Shown here in pieces: positions 25,854 to 40,498 of a stretch of 64,000 nucleotides of DNA (position 1 is the first letter of the stretch; the number at the start of each line of letters is the position of its first letter). The translations under genes were made by a program, and so were the position numbers. The stretch spans positions 141,670,001 through 141,734,000 of the forward strand of contig OX597815.1 in NCBI GenBank assembly GCA_951406725.2, in the 5' to 3' direction. This DNA comes from Octopus vulgaris (taxonomy: Eukaryota). The notes beneath the pieces are model-generated. The model was given only the letters and a program-made list of their open reading frames with translations. It ran no database searches and had not been told where the DNA came from.

Positions 25854-28641
25854 TTTTTTTTTTATTTACCAAGGCCTACTCCCCATAGGAGGAGCTAGCC
25901 ACAACAAAACACACACCAGGTATTCCATTCATCTCCGAGCCCCGTTCTATGATCGAGTCAACGCATAGAAAGCAAGCCCCGATATGCTGGTTTACCCCTG
26001 CCGTATGACGCTGATTCCGTACTCCTTCGAGCAACATCAACTCATTCATCTGTTCACAAATACTCTCTAAGCTTTCCCATCATTAATAAAGTCTATTGCC
26101 TCTCTCACTCCAACACCTCTAACCATCAACGCATTCCACCACACAGACCGAGGTCTGCCTCTAGTTCTGCTGTCTACCACTTCCACCATCATCACCCTCC
26201 TTACCGTCCCCTCCTCTACCCTCCTCCCTATCTGGCCAAACCACATCAACATTCGTCTCTCCATTCTGGTACAAAGATTCTCTCTTATTCCTGGTCAACT
26301 TCGCACTTCTTCATTCCTTGTCCTGTCCATCCGTGTCACACCAAACATAGCACTCAAACATTTCATCTCAAACACATCTAGTCGCCTCCTTTCCGCGTCT
26401 TTCAAACCCCATGTCTCTGCACGATACAATATTGTCGGCACAATCACACCCTTACACAATCACACAATCACACATAATTTTTCGCTTCCATGCTCAACCT
26501 TTTATCTCTCAGCAAATCTTTCACATTTCCAAGCATTTCACTCCCCTTCCTCACTTAACCACCCATCCACCCCCATCGGCCATAACATGTGATCCTAGAT
26601 ACCTAAAAACATTCACTCATCTAACATCTCACCATTTATACTCACATTTATCCTACAAGCTATTCTATCTCTCGAACATCTAATCTACATTCTTAGTTAC
26701 ATTCACTTTCAGTTTCCTCCTTTCACTCATTCTTCCAAACGCTACCAATAATCTCTTCAGTCGCTCTTTCGCATCCTCCACCAGTGCTGTATCATCACCC
26801 GCCACTTCTCACCATTTCTTCCCACCATTTCGGGTCCCCTACTAAAGGTTCTAGCATTCACTTCTCTCACCACACCATCAATATATAGATTAAACAGCCA
26901 CGGTGACATCACATAAGCCTGTCTTAACACCACCATCACACCAAATCATTCACTTACTCAACCACCCACCCTATCGCATACCCTACTTCCTCTATTGAAA
27001 CTTTGTACAGCTCTCAAAAATTAATTATCTACTCCATATAACCGAAACACCTGTCACATTGCGTCCCTAACCACATAAAGGCCCAATATACATCTCTCCC
27101 TTTGGTCAAAAGCTTCGCACACACGCCTTACGACAAATATCTCATCTACACACCTCCTACCACTCCTAAAACTGCACTGCTTCTCCCCTAGTACATTTTC
27201 TGTCTAGTTCCTTACCCCTACAATCAGAATTCCCCATGCTGTTTACCAACCGCACACAGACTTATACTCCTAAAATGCCCACACTCATATTTATTCCCTT
27301 TCCCCTGGTATAGTGGCATTATACAGGCACTGCACCAGTCCGTTGATACTCTTCTAGCCATATAACAAACATTCATAAGCCTCCCTAACCATTCAATCAG
27401 TATCACTCCTCCATTCTTTAGACATTCATCTGTACACTCATCTATACCTGGCGCCTGCCGGTTTACCATCTTTCGCAACTATTCCCTCACCCCCCTTACA
27501 ATTGCACGATTACTCCATTCCCCAACAACAGGCATTCTCCTCTATCCGCCTATAGCCATTATACTTGCCTCCCTATTATCCTCCAAATTTAACAGCTCTC
27601 TAAAATACTCTACCGATCACCTTTGTACATCATTAATTCCTTACAACAATTTCCATTTACATCCTTCACCCTTTCTTCCCTTCCTCCAACCACCTCCCCT
27701 ACCCTCTGTAATCCTTTCCAAAACATCTTTTTATTCCTTACAAAATGTTCACAATACTATTTCCCGAACCTTTCAGCTGCCTTCCATTTTGCTATCCTTG
27801 ATACTCCCTTCATTCCCCTCTTTACATCTCTGTAACGATTATAAGCCTCTCCATTCCTATTCTGCAACCACTCTCCCGAGACCTTTTTCTTCTTTACCAT
27901 CGATCCCTTAACTGCCCATTCCACCATTCAACACCATTCCTTACGCGCATTCCAACTAATCGTGTACCACATACCTCAGAGGCACATCGCATTACTATCT
28001 CTCTAGAGGCCTCACACCTCTCCTCCGCATCTCCTACCTCCCTTTTCTTAACCTATTCATATTCACTTCTCAATTTCTCTACATAGTCCTGCTTCTCTCT
28101 CCTATCAAGTTCACTCACCTTCACGACCTCTCTCCTCCCTGTTACTCGTCTAGCATTGCATATTGAGCATACCTTCAACTTGTACTAAGAAGTGATCTGG
28201 CACCTACCATCCCATGAATATCCACCAACCTTCCTACCACTCTGATATCAATTAATACATAATCCGTCATCGCCCTATCTACTACTGTTCCTCACTCCAA
28301 CAGCCACCATGTAATATTGCTTTTCTCACATTTTTTAAAACACTATTCCCCACCACAAACTCCTGCGCCATACACATTTCCAACAATCGCCCTCCCCTCT
28401 CATTCCGACGAGGAATACCGTATTTTCCTACTACATTCTCTACTTCCTCATTTCCCACTCGCGCATTAAAATTACTGAACACCACCACAGCCACTTTCCC
28501 CCATCTATCCACACACTCTGTCAGTTCCTTCCAGAACTCCTCTGCTTTTTCCTCACTCCCTTTCACGCCCTGGACCATATATACTAAAAACACCCACTTC
28601 ATGTTAACCCACTTTAAACTTGAAAACACTTCCCTCCTCTC
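25854..28641 (-). mobile_element. RTE-clade LINE, EN-RT remnant with 3' poly(A)
   Basis: FNARVG..NERGGRLLEMC (AP endonuclease), APGIDE..LKNGG, LRQAYVMSPWLFNLYIDGV (RT), RMLMWFGQI..RGRP; AATAAA(A)n near 25854-25866. Confidence 0.92.
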
Positions 28642-28642
28642 A

Positions 28643-29431
<789 letters not shown>

Positions 29432-29813
29432 ACAAACCTATACATATAGGTATGTACATACATAGTACATACATATAAATGTATGTATGTATCTGTCGAT
29501 CAAGGACATTCCTCTAACCAATAAAGCCGAACATCGCCTGTGAGTTAACATGGGATGTCTTGACGACTTATTATTATTATTAGGTATAACCACATGAACA
29601 AAATAAACCAAAACAAATTACACGAACGTGTATCAACAGGTGATACTCATAATACAGGCACTTTCCACACACACACACACGCGTACCAACTAAACGTAGA
29701 GACACATAGGGTTATACGCATGCGCAAAGAAAGACACATACAATAGGTATACCAAATACAAAATGGCTGATCGTTAGTAAGGAGGACACACAAATAAGAA
29801 GGAAGAAAGCAAA

Positions 29814-29858
29814 GGACCACTGATGAGGTCACAGAAGGGTGACGAAAGAACCCTGGCC
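29814..29858 (+). ncRNA. Hammerhead-like motif, degenerate
   Basis: ggacca-CTGATGA-g-GTCAC agaagg GTGAC-GAAA-gaaccc-tggcc; core boxes and stem II intact, cleavage triplet eroded. Confidence 0.55.
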
Positions 29859-29965
29859 GAAATAAGATTAAGATTAATGTAAAAATAAATAAAGCTGAAG
29901 GAAATCACATCATAATTTTCAGATATACATATGATCGTCAAAAGCCTGTATATTTGCTATTACTG

Positions 29966-31099
29966 TACAGATATCATCAGAAAATGGTAATTAACATTTC
30001 TTAAAATGACAGATGTATCGAACATTCAAAGAGGTCAAATTGTTGGTGCCCGTATGAGAGGCGCTAGCGTAACGAAAACAGCCGAAATGCTTGGTGTATC
30101 AAGAAGTACAGTCTCGAAAGTAATGACAGCCTTTGAGAAAGAGGGAAAACCCTCCTCGCCGAAACAAAACTCTGGAAGAAAACCAAACCTTTCAGATAGA
30201 AACTATCGGACACTTATGCGACTTGTTCGAAAGGATCACATAGGTACAGCTTCCAAAATTACTGCAGAGATTGATTGACCATCTTCAGAATCCAGTTTCC
30301 ACAAAAAAAAAAAAAACTGTTCGCCAGGAGCTACACAAAGCCGGATTTCACATGAGGGCTGCATTCAGAAAATCTATACTTTCAAAAACAAATGTTGCAA
30401 AGCGTTTCGAGTGGGATAAAAACCCACAGAATTGGTTCCTAGTACAGTGGAAGAATGTTATTTCCTCGGCGCGTCATCTTTATCTTATTTCCGATCTCCA
30501 GCCGAGTATACGTGAGTAGACAGCCAAAAGAAACATTTGGTCCAGACTGCCTTCTTCCAACTGATAAACATGGTGCTGAATCTGTGATGATATAGGGGGC
30601 TATATCTTGGAAATCCGCCGGCCTAATGGTTTCTCTTCATGGCAGAATTAATAGTCAAGTTTATTTAAGCATTTTATCCGATCAAATTCATCCTATGTTT
30701 GCGGAACTGTTTCGGTTCCGGAGGGAAACGAAATCTGTCAGGATGATAATACACCAATTGACACAGTTAAATTTGTTACTGAATGGCATGATGAGTATTC
30801 TAATGACGTTGAATATCTTATCTGGCCACCACAGTCCCCAGATGTTAATAGTTTCAAGATGTATGGTGGCTTTTAGAAAAACAATGAAGGAGTCGGTATC
30901 CTCAACGATCATCACTGCAAGGACTGCAGACTGTTTTAGCTGAAGAATGGACAAAAATTCCTTTGGAAACAATTCAGACTTTGTACGAGTCCATACCTCG
31001 TAGTATTAAAGCTGTAATTACTGCCAAAGGTGGTCCTACCCCATATTAGGGTAAATTTGTTTGAAATTTTAAGGTGTTCCCGTATTTTCCCCAACCCTG
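29966..31099 (+). mobile_element. Tc1-like element, DD36E (Incomer-type) spacing, decayed; right TIR only
   Basis: MTDVSNIQRGQIVGAR.., QDDNTP-x-WPPQSPD; ends tattttccccaaccctg|TA; paralogue at 58821. Confidence 0.88.
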
Positions 31100-31104
31100 T
31101 ATAC

Positions 31105-31214
<110 letters not shown>

Positions 31215-31287
31215 GTATGTGTGTGTGTGTGCGTGTGTGTATACATATATGTATGCATAGAGTGTTTGAATTGGAGAACAGATATTG

Positions 31288-31471
31288 TATATTGAGAAAA
31301 AGGAGGCAGTTATAATTTCAGATAATCCCTAATCACCGTTTTCGTTCGGTTATGAACTCGGTTAGACAAAATCAAAATCAAAATGATTTTGATTCTGTCT
31401 TCACAAGTTCGTAGACAAACGAAAGCGCTAATAAGGGATTATCCAAAATTCTGACTGCGTCCATATTCTCA

Positions 31472-31476
<5 letters not shown>
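31288..31476. repeat. Imperfect ~190 bp foldback next to (TA)n
   Basis: tatattgaga..gataatccct..aatcaaaatca aaa tgattttgatt..agggattatc..tctcaatata. Confidence 0.85.
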
Positions 31477-31502
<26 letters not shown>

Positions 31503-32044
31503 ATCCAAACAAGAAAGCACAAAAAAAGACAGAACAAAGCGAGCGCTATTACGTTTGAATGTGCTGAGTGTTTGTAAGCATGTGTGTTATCGAATTAGTT
31601 ACGATTTCTACTCACTATCAGAACTTCTTTCGGATTATTGAATTTACTCATATAAACGTATGAAATCTTGCTTAAAGAAAATCCAACACATATTTAGTTT
31701 CAAATATGTTTCTTTAAAATGAATTAAGATAAAGCAGCTTACTAATATATTTATCTGTTTAATATTTCAGCGAAAGGTTTGGCGTAGTATAAAATTATCT
31801 TATACTAACTGCTTACAAAAATTTGCCTGATATTAGCAAACAGGAATCCTTCAAAATGTAGAGAATGTATAATATTTCAACATGTATTTATTTCACCGCT
31901 TACATGTATTTCTATATATTTAACCAAAGAAAAGAAATGGTATGTTTTTAAATTATCCAGGTCTTTGGATATTGCTAGAAGCATAAACATTCTCTTACAT
32001 AGAATTTTATGCTTCATATCGAAGTGATATTTTATGATATATTA

Positions 32045-32465
32045 TTATTTCTACTCTAGGTACAAGGCCAGAGATGTTTGAGGAGAGAGCCGGTCGATTA
32101 GATTGGCACCAGTATGCAACAGGTACTTAATTTATCGACCCCGGAAGGATGCAACGCAAAGTCGATCTCGGTGGAATGTGAACTCAGAACGTAAAGACAG
32201 ACGAAATACCGCTGAATATTTCGCTCGAAGTGCTAACGGTTCTGTCAGCTCGCCGCGTTTTGCCGATATAATATTCGTTTCAAAACTTGGCGCAAAGCAA
32301 GCAAGTTTCGAAGAAAAATATAAGAATATTACATCGAGCCTAGCGTTCAACTGGTGCTTATTGTACTGACAACCGAAATAATGAAAACTGAAGTCGACGT
32401 GAGTTGAAATTGAACTCAGAACCTAGAGACTGAGGCAATACTGCTAAGCATTTTCCCCGGCGTTT
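32045..32465 (-). mobile_element. Two SINE family A copies
   Basis: ggtacttaatttatcgacccc..aagtcga..gaactcagaac..cagctcgccg. Confidence 0.8.
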
Positions 32466-33269
32466 GTTAATACCACTATCTTAGTCTCCATTCATTTTAG
32501 CAACACATTCTGTAATGGTTTGTATGGTATCGTGCAATCAGAAAAAGCTCTACAGGATTACATAACCTGCAAGAAATAGCAGTGAAATCTTCCATGTGTT
32601 ACCTATTTGTCATTGCAAATATATTTCAGCTAATATGTACATTAGATATATAACTCATGAATAATAGATTCTATTACCATAGCAGTAGCATTTTATTGTT
32701 TTCAAAAAGAACTATTCCCTTACTGTTAGATATCAGTGGGTAATAACCTACTTATTTTGTGTTCAACAGACTAAATACTGTAGTTTCAGGAAGGCATGTA
32801 TAGAAGATTATGATTAATAAACCTCTTTTGAATGAGTTGGTTAGTGTTGAAATATTTCTTAATTGCATTTGTCGGCAGGTGTTACACAGCATCTCACGCA
32901 AGTTACATTAAAATAATCCATTGTCACCTTTCTTGAAATATTGTCTGTTTTGATTAATTATTAGACGACAAATGTTACACAAAACGTAAACGCACATGCA
33001 TACACTTATCGTATTTCACTAAACCATTGTTTCTCTTGTTAATCATCGAAAATATTACAATTATATTGCCAAAATTTGAAACATATTAATTTATTTTCGA
33101 AATCTGATATCTTAATGACAATAGAACATATGAATAGTAATAAAAACTACACGATACAACCAAATGAAACCAAACTGTAAACGCAAAATTATGCGATGCT
33201 TTCTTGTTAAGTTATTTTATTCATTTCAGTTAAAGTTAGTCACTTTTACTTGGCCGTCCTTCTGGACGC

Positions 33270-33960
33270 TACTATAATTCCACGCGAGCACACCATCCAT
33301 CACGTTCTGCATGCATGTTCATCATTCGTCAAAATTTGCCATTCCACTGTCATGAAGCAAGTTGTCCACGCAGGTTTGACTTTTCATCCTCTGTTGCTTC
33401 TTCCTGCATTTGACTGTCATAAAACCATTTGACGCACAGTTCTGAGTGCTTGACGCAATGACGAGCAATTCCCATTCCTTGCTGAATCTTCTCAGTCACC
33501 TTGAGTAGATCTTGATAAAGCTACTCGTTGGTTAAATGAGGTCTCCATGTAACATTCTTGCGTAGCAGCCGTCTATTTGTTTTTCAAACTTTTTGCTGAG
33601 GGTCTAAATTTCAGCAACGTATAACAAAACTGACACTACCTTCGACGAAAAACAACCTAGGTTTCAATTTACGTGCAATCTTAGAACTCCAGATTTTATG
33701 TAGTTCGTGACACGTACTCCAAGTAAGTGACCTCCCTACAGCAAAGTCTGTTTCACTTCTTTCCATCAAACTACCAAGTCATTTTATGTTAATAACTTCC
33801 TTAGTTTCTTTTACGTTTCTTGCAAAGAGATTTGATTCTTCAGGATCTTGATCGGACATCTGGTATTCAATCTTATCTCAGTTACAGCACATATCAACCT
33901 TTGAATTCTCACGTTCTACTCTCTTGATCACTTTCAGTGCCCGATGTAAAAATTTACTAC
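33270..33960 (-). mobile_element. Old RTE-like LINE 3' remnant
   Basis: Minus strand LGSLM..HKIWSSKIARKLKPRLF..DGCYARML. Confidence 0.55.
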
Positions 33961-35098
33961 AGTTATTTTATAATAGATACTTGATGTTACAAAGCGCTTT
34001 TGGTTAAAACACATATAATATTTAATTAAGGCATCTTCTCACCAAAATCTTTTGATGAAATACTTAAATCGGCTCTTAGGGGTGTGGTAAATGCAAATTG
34101 TTGATACGCCAAAGCCATAATCAACTAAAGGCAGAAACATTATCAGGATTCTTTGAACTTCTAAAGATATGCTACAAAATTATTAACCATTGCCCTAAAG
34201 CAATACGTCAGCTTCCCAGTGGCACTATAGAGGTTCATATGTAACGCATTGTATGTAGGTTTCAGATATTTCATGCAATAATCCCAAAACAAATTCCGAA
34301 AGCTATAGAGGATATCAATGCCTACAACACGTATTCCCATATTTTATCTATTCCATTAAAGTATAAAATATTGAATCCATCTCTGAAATGTTGATATTCT
34401 ATTAAAGTAAAATTGAATGTCCTTATCTTAACTGACATATTTATTATGAATTACTTTAAACGTCTGTATCTCATATACATTTTAATTAAATACTATTTCA
34501 ATTACACACCTTGTTAATCACTCTTGAACATTAAAAATAGCCATTTAAAACAGCATGATATCTTTTAATTTTTTTTATTAGACTGTATAATATACAACGT
34601 GTTCGATTATATATATAACAAACGATAATTTACAAGGTTCAACATATTGTTTGATTTTCGAGTGGTTGATTGACTCATCGATTCTCATGCCCAACAGACA
34701 GATATATTCAAACAACTAATAGTTATACAAATGTTAAAAAGAAAAATTATTTTAATGCGTTTAATCATCTTATCAATAACTCACAAAAATAAACAACATT
34801 GGAATATCTAAAGTGGAGGTGAGTATATATATATATATTCAAAGTCGCCTTGAAGAATTTTCTGAAACATATAGAATTCGCTTTATGGTTTATATAAAGG
34901 ACGCGGGGATATTTGCTGCAGCTGTAATATCGTTCAATTTCATCAATATTTCTTTTCCTTTTATTTCTATACGTATTTATGGAATATTCTTTCTTGTAAC
35001 AAAACTAAGTACGATCAATTTATCGCTTTTAGATTTTACAGAGAAGTTCTATTGTTGTTGATTCTTGTGTAGATTCACTACATATGCATTGTTTATAT

Positions 35099-36330
35099 CT
35101 GTGGTTCCCAAACTTTTTCGGAGTGCCATTCCCTTGACATCCGAGTCACATTCCTACCCTCTTCCATCACCACAAGCAGAGACATTTTCCTACTGCACTT
35201 TTAAACAGCTTCATTTTACCTAATTGGTCCGTTATTTCAGTGTCTTTAAAATATGAATGAGTAAATATGCATCTCACCTATAAGTACGTTGTTTTCATAT
35301 TCTTAATGTCATTGATGTACACAGAGCAGGATTATGAGCTTCTCAACTTCAGTCTGACCAGAACTAACACGTAGAATTAGATAACCGCGTTCAATAAATT
35401 TCAGTATATATCTTTGCTTAGAAAGAAGCTTGTCAACTGCACTGAACCCGGGTTCTACTGAATAAGATTTTTGGAAAGATAATTACGTACGTTTTAACTT
35501 AATTAGACAGTGCGGCACAGAAATATCCTTTAGCAATGAAAAGGACATTTTGAATACAAAACTTTGGCCTCAGCTCAATATCCTATTAAAGTGAAACATG
35601 TTCTTCCTCCACTAATTTGTTTCATTTATTATATCGAGGAATCACCAGACGGTGTCTCTGCAGCTCATCCATGTGTGAATGACGCAATTGAATCTCATTT
35701 TGAGGTGCGCACTTTTCATTCTCTAGTTCATATAGGCTCGGAAACCAGGAGAACTGGGGACGGATTGTGTTAAACTTGAATAACTGTAACTTGGACAGAG
35801 ACTTGGAGAGAGCTAATTTTACTTTGTTAATGTTTAATCTCATTTCCTTGCTATTGCAAATTAACTTCATTCGATTTTGGGAACATATTTGCCAAATAAG
35901 CAATATCGTGCTTCATATTTATTGGTTTATCTGAAAGATTAGAAGAGTCTTTGAAGAATTCAATTATTGTTTTAGAAAAGGAACTTTCAAGCAGTTTCGT
36001 TTCACATCCATCCAACTTCTGTATGTAACGACAAACATTCAAAATCATTATTATTCTATGCGCAAAGCTATTGATTTGAATGGAATTGAGAGCCATGCCT
36101 TGTGTATATTTACTCTTGTGATAAGTTTTCAACGATTTGCTAAGTATATCACTTAGTTTATTAGCAACAAGATTTTGCTTGTAGATTATAGGAGTTCACT
36201 TGAAACATTCTATATCCTGATGAAGCATTAATGATAACCTCCCATAGATGATGTCCCCTCCGTAGCGCTTTCCTGTCTGTTTCTGTTTCTGTTACAAATA
36301 ATCACTCTTGAACCAAACATTAATCTTTGA
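35099..36330 (-). mobile_element. hAT (Charlie/Buster-type) transposon remnant
   Basis: Terminal ctgtggttcccaaacttttt; ATEGTSSMGR (TDGA-like), LHTEVGW (HTEVRW-like), DIAYLANMF..NEVNLQ. Confidence 0.75.
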
Positions 36331-38619
36331 CGAAGCAAACATAAGCAAGGTACATTAAATTATTGGCAAGAGAGACTCATTGCACAGTATGGTAAATTTG
36401 GTTATTCTAAGTATGCTGAATATATCATTCATGTTATAGTATTTCACATTTCGAAACACTTATAATAAGCATTTGTAGGGAAAACATTTTGTACTTTCAC
36501 GTCTCGGATTTAATTTTCACAATTTAAATCCCGTAAAGAAAACGGGTAAAAAAAAATTTCAATTCATATATGGATAGTTTTCCGAAAGTTTTCTATTAAA
36601 ATGCGGATTACAAGTTTTTCAGAATGCATTTCTACTAAAAGATGACAAAAACTGATGTGGCTTGTACGATGAGACTATGAGTAGACGTTTAAAAAAGTAT
36701 GGCTTAAAATGTTTTAAGAAAGTTCGCCTTAGAGTGATTGAAATACAGGACGCTATAAATGTGGAAATATTCCGGAAAAAGAAAAGCTACCGAGAAATAC
36801 CGATTTATGTAAGGCTGTTATTCTGAAAGTCCGACAAATATAAATTAATTGCATTTATTTTTTTAATTCGTAATGATAGAGTTTCTAATATATTAATTTG
36901 AAAGAAAAATGGAAAATACCGGAAAAAGAAAACGCCAAGTAAACTCCAGTTAGAACCCCACTGCAGAACCATGTACTTCATACGATACTCCACCAGTGAT
37001 AAATAAAAAAAGAAGTTAATATCGTTATAGTTACTTATAACTTACAATGCTTCTATGAGGATTTGAGCACGCAGAATGACTACAGAATTCACTGATGCCA
37101 AATATATCTATAATTCTCTCTCCCCCTCTCTCTCCTTATGTATATGTATATATATTATTTTTATTTTGTTATTGCTGTTATTGTTGACGTCATTATTGTT
37201 GTTGATGTTGCTTTTGTCCAGTCATAAGTTTTCGTCTTTATAGGGAACTCTGCTGGCAATTTTACGACCTGCTTCATCAATAACATTTTGGTATTTTTTT
37301 GCTCAATTTTTCTTATTCTGACTTGAAATTAGCTTTCTTAAGACAAAGGGTTTTTTAGTTCGATTTTTAAACACTATTTCCTAATCTTGAGTGTAACGTG
37401 GGAAAATAGATGTGGGGCATTGTCATCCATCACCCCCTTTTTACTACCTCATTATCGCTGCGTTTTTTTTTTCAGCGACACACCTGGATCGTTCCCCCCG
37501 CACCAGATAGGGGAAACCCTCCATTTTCAGAATAACCGGTCAATATTATCCCAGCATTTTAATCGAATGATCTTAGTAGGTTTATATCATTTTGCTTATG
37601 CACTGGAGACGGAGACTAGACGCAGTGTTCGTGTAGTAAATGTTAAAAACTCGGTTGAACGCTGATTTTCAATACACTATATCACATATGTCAGACCCTA
37701 CAATATCGGGTATAGAAGCATTTCTAAAGCAACTTGAATCAAGAAATGGGAACAGTACAATATGTTTACAGCAATGTTTTCAAAATTATTCCCAATATTA
37801 ATAAATTTTCATCTTATATTCAAATAAAGGCCATGATTGAATTCCCATATATACGAATATTTCCTATTTTATGATTATTTCAAGAAATACCGAATAAATA
37901 ATTTATTGAAATAACCTTTGATCTAAATATATTATTTCATCAAGTATTTCGAATAAGTAATGGGACTGAAACATTTCTGAACTGATCTTTATATGAATAT
38001 AGTTTATATCCAGAATCCTAAAAGCAATTTTCTCTCAGATATTCAAATATTGTATTTTATTATCAAACTAAACACATTTCTCTGATAGGTTATTGAAATA
38101 CAATTCCTAGGTGAGGATAATGAGAAAGTGTGATGTATTTGTAAAAGAGTATTAAGCGTATAATTTATGTGAAAGGGATAAAATTATGAATTGAAACATG
38201 ATTATCGCCATGCCTCGCCGGGGCCTCAGAATATCAACAAAAAATTTGGCCTCGAAATTTAAGACATATTCCCGATTGCCGTTTTCAATATACAGTTATC
38301 CTATCGAGAGACATGAAAAACTAATGCAGTGCATTGTTATATATATATATATATATATGTATCGATAGGGTTACTGTATATTGAAAACGCCCACGAAAAT
38401 CAGAAATATGCAGGCATGCATACACACGCGGGTATATATACGTATATGAAAATTTACACACATACACACTCACACGCACACACATACACATGTATATGTA
38501 AATTGGAACACATTCACATGCACATGCACAGACACACACGTACAAACACACACACACACACTCATATATATACATATATATTATGTATGTATGTATGTAT
38601 GTATGTATGTATGTATATG

Positions 38620-38990
38620 TCATGCGCGGGGACATAGAAATACTCGGACTGAATACCCGATCGCGCGGTTAAACCATTGGGAATGAAGGACTCTTAGCCT
38701 TTGTTAGGGCATCCTTCTAGGAGAAGGTAACTCAGGTAACTGGGATAACTCCGACATAAAATCTGCGGCTCAGTTGTTACCGATGATGTTGACTTATTCT
38801 TCTTTCGGATTATGGCTGTTGTTGCTTAGTGAGTGGGATTGACTCAGTGCACAGCCTTTCCCCACTTTAAAAAAAATCTTCTTGCACAGGCATTGCACGA
38901 TAAAAACATTGTTCATGATTGTTGATGGTGCTGTGAGTCTCAACTCAATGGCTGGCTGTGACCTTAAAAAGCGAATAAAAGTCACATTCG
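38620..38990 (+). mobile_element. Possible RTE LINE 5' UTR fragment
   Basis: GC-richer island with ggcatccttctaggagaaggtaactc, resembling RTE 5' UTR motifs; no ORF. Confidence 0.4.
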
Positions 38991-39227
38991 ATCACAGCAC
39001 CAATAACAGTTAAGCTTCGAGCAATGGCCATACTCGATAACGAGGGGGCTGCATCATGTATGTATATGTACAGGAATTCTAAGAGTTCAAGATTCAAGTT
39101 AAGAAGGTACCTAAATAGTAAAGAATCAAGTTCGGATCAAAGAAATAGCAATCGTGTACAAAAGAAGGCTAGAAAAGCATATACGTATGTACCGAAGTAC
39201 AGCTGGATAAATATTCCAGTTGCAAAG

Positions 39228-39478
39228 AAGGCGAGCTGGCACAAACGTTAGCACGCCGGGCGAAGTGCTTAGCGGTATTTCGTCTGCCGTTACGTTCTCA
39301 GTTTAAATTCCGCCGAGGTCGACTTTGCCTTCCATCCTTTCGGGGTCGATAAAGTAAGTACCAGTTATGCACTGGGGTCTATATAATCGACTTAATCCGT
39401 CTGTGTGTCCTTGTTTGTCTCCTCTATGTTTAGCTCCTTCTGGGTAATAAAGAAATAGGCATTTCGTCTGTCTTCACT
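39228..39478 (+). mobile_element. tRNA-derived SINE family A
   Basis: ggcgagctggc head, B-box-like gtttaaattcc, gccttccatcctttcggggtcgataaa; start of a second unit at the end. Confidence 0.9.
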
Positions 39479-39870
39479 TTTATTTTCATTTTATCTTTAC
39501 TTTATTTTATTTTTGATTTTATGATGTTCCTTTAGATTTGTACCCTTACAGAGGTATGATTGTTTTATTATGAATTCTCCTTGTTATTTAATTTATATTA
39601 TCTGTGAAGGTTTTTTTTGCCGGGAATGTGTAGTCCAGCTAAATAGCCTTATCTTTTATGAGTTGGAAAAACATATCAAATTCCTATCCCCTAATATCTT
39701 TTCTTCCTCCTACTATATAAAAAAAATCCTTTTTATTTATATATGAATACGCTTATTCATCAATATGTTTTGTATATTAGTGATAATTGAGCAATTGTCA
39801 ACATTGTTCAAGAAAAAAATAAATTACATAATTGGCCCTTATATCAACAACTCAAAATATATTTCGAATA

Positions 39871-40451
39871 CTAAAGGAAAATATGGCAGCGGTACTGGAT
39901 ATTAATAGTTATCGCCAAGCTAACATGGAAGTCCAGGACAATAGGACGAATGTTGCCGTTGATAAGCTCCAAAGGTTATCGCCTCTAGCTAGCTATGTGA
40001 CACACGAACCTGTGTCCATTACAACCTTCGAAAAGGGGAGGTCAGCCGCTTCTCTTTACTGGTCTGGCATCTACAGACTAGTTTCAGGGTATTTGCCCTT
40101 ATCAATATAGAGTAACCAAACCCAGCAGGCGTCGCTATTGCCCGTCTACTCGAAGGTTTATTTACCAAAAATTCAGTGGAATACATCCACTGGTTTGCTA
40201 AAGTAGAAATATTATTATTTCTAAGTCTCTCTAAAGGAGACAACGGCATCGGTACTGGATATTAATAGTTATCGCCATGCTAACATGGCAGTCCAGCAAC
40301 TGGGAAGCGGCTGACCTCACCTGTTCGAAAGTTATAATGGACACAGGTTCGTGTGTCGCATAGCTAGATAGAGGCGATGGCTTCTTGGAGCTAATCAACG
40401 GCAGCATTAGTCCTATTGTTCTGGACTGTCATGTTAGCTTGGCGATAATTA

Positions 40452-40458
<7 letters not shown>
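39871..40458 (-). mobile_element. Retrozyme-like / Penelope-derived element: ~360 bp unit with partial tandem and inverted copies
   Basis: DR 39871-39936/40231-40296; IR 39899-40052/40304-40458; hammerhead-like motif 40071-40110; abuts (TA)n. Confidence 0.75.
40071..40110 (-). ncRNA. Minimal type I hammerhead-like motif, degenerate core
   Basis: Minus strand ctata-TTGATAA-GGG caaata CCC t-GAAA-CTAG-TC-tgtag; palindromic stem III as in Penelope-type minimal hammerheads. Confidence 0.65.

Positions 40459-40498
<40 letters not shown>

Noticed and set aside
36215-36240. Hammerhead at CTGATGA
   Set aside because: Lies within the hAT remnant with no GAAA or stems
39228-39320. tRNA gene
   Set aside because: A/B-box-like head continues into a multi-copy SINE body; no complete cloverleaf
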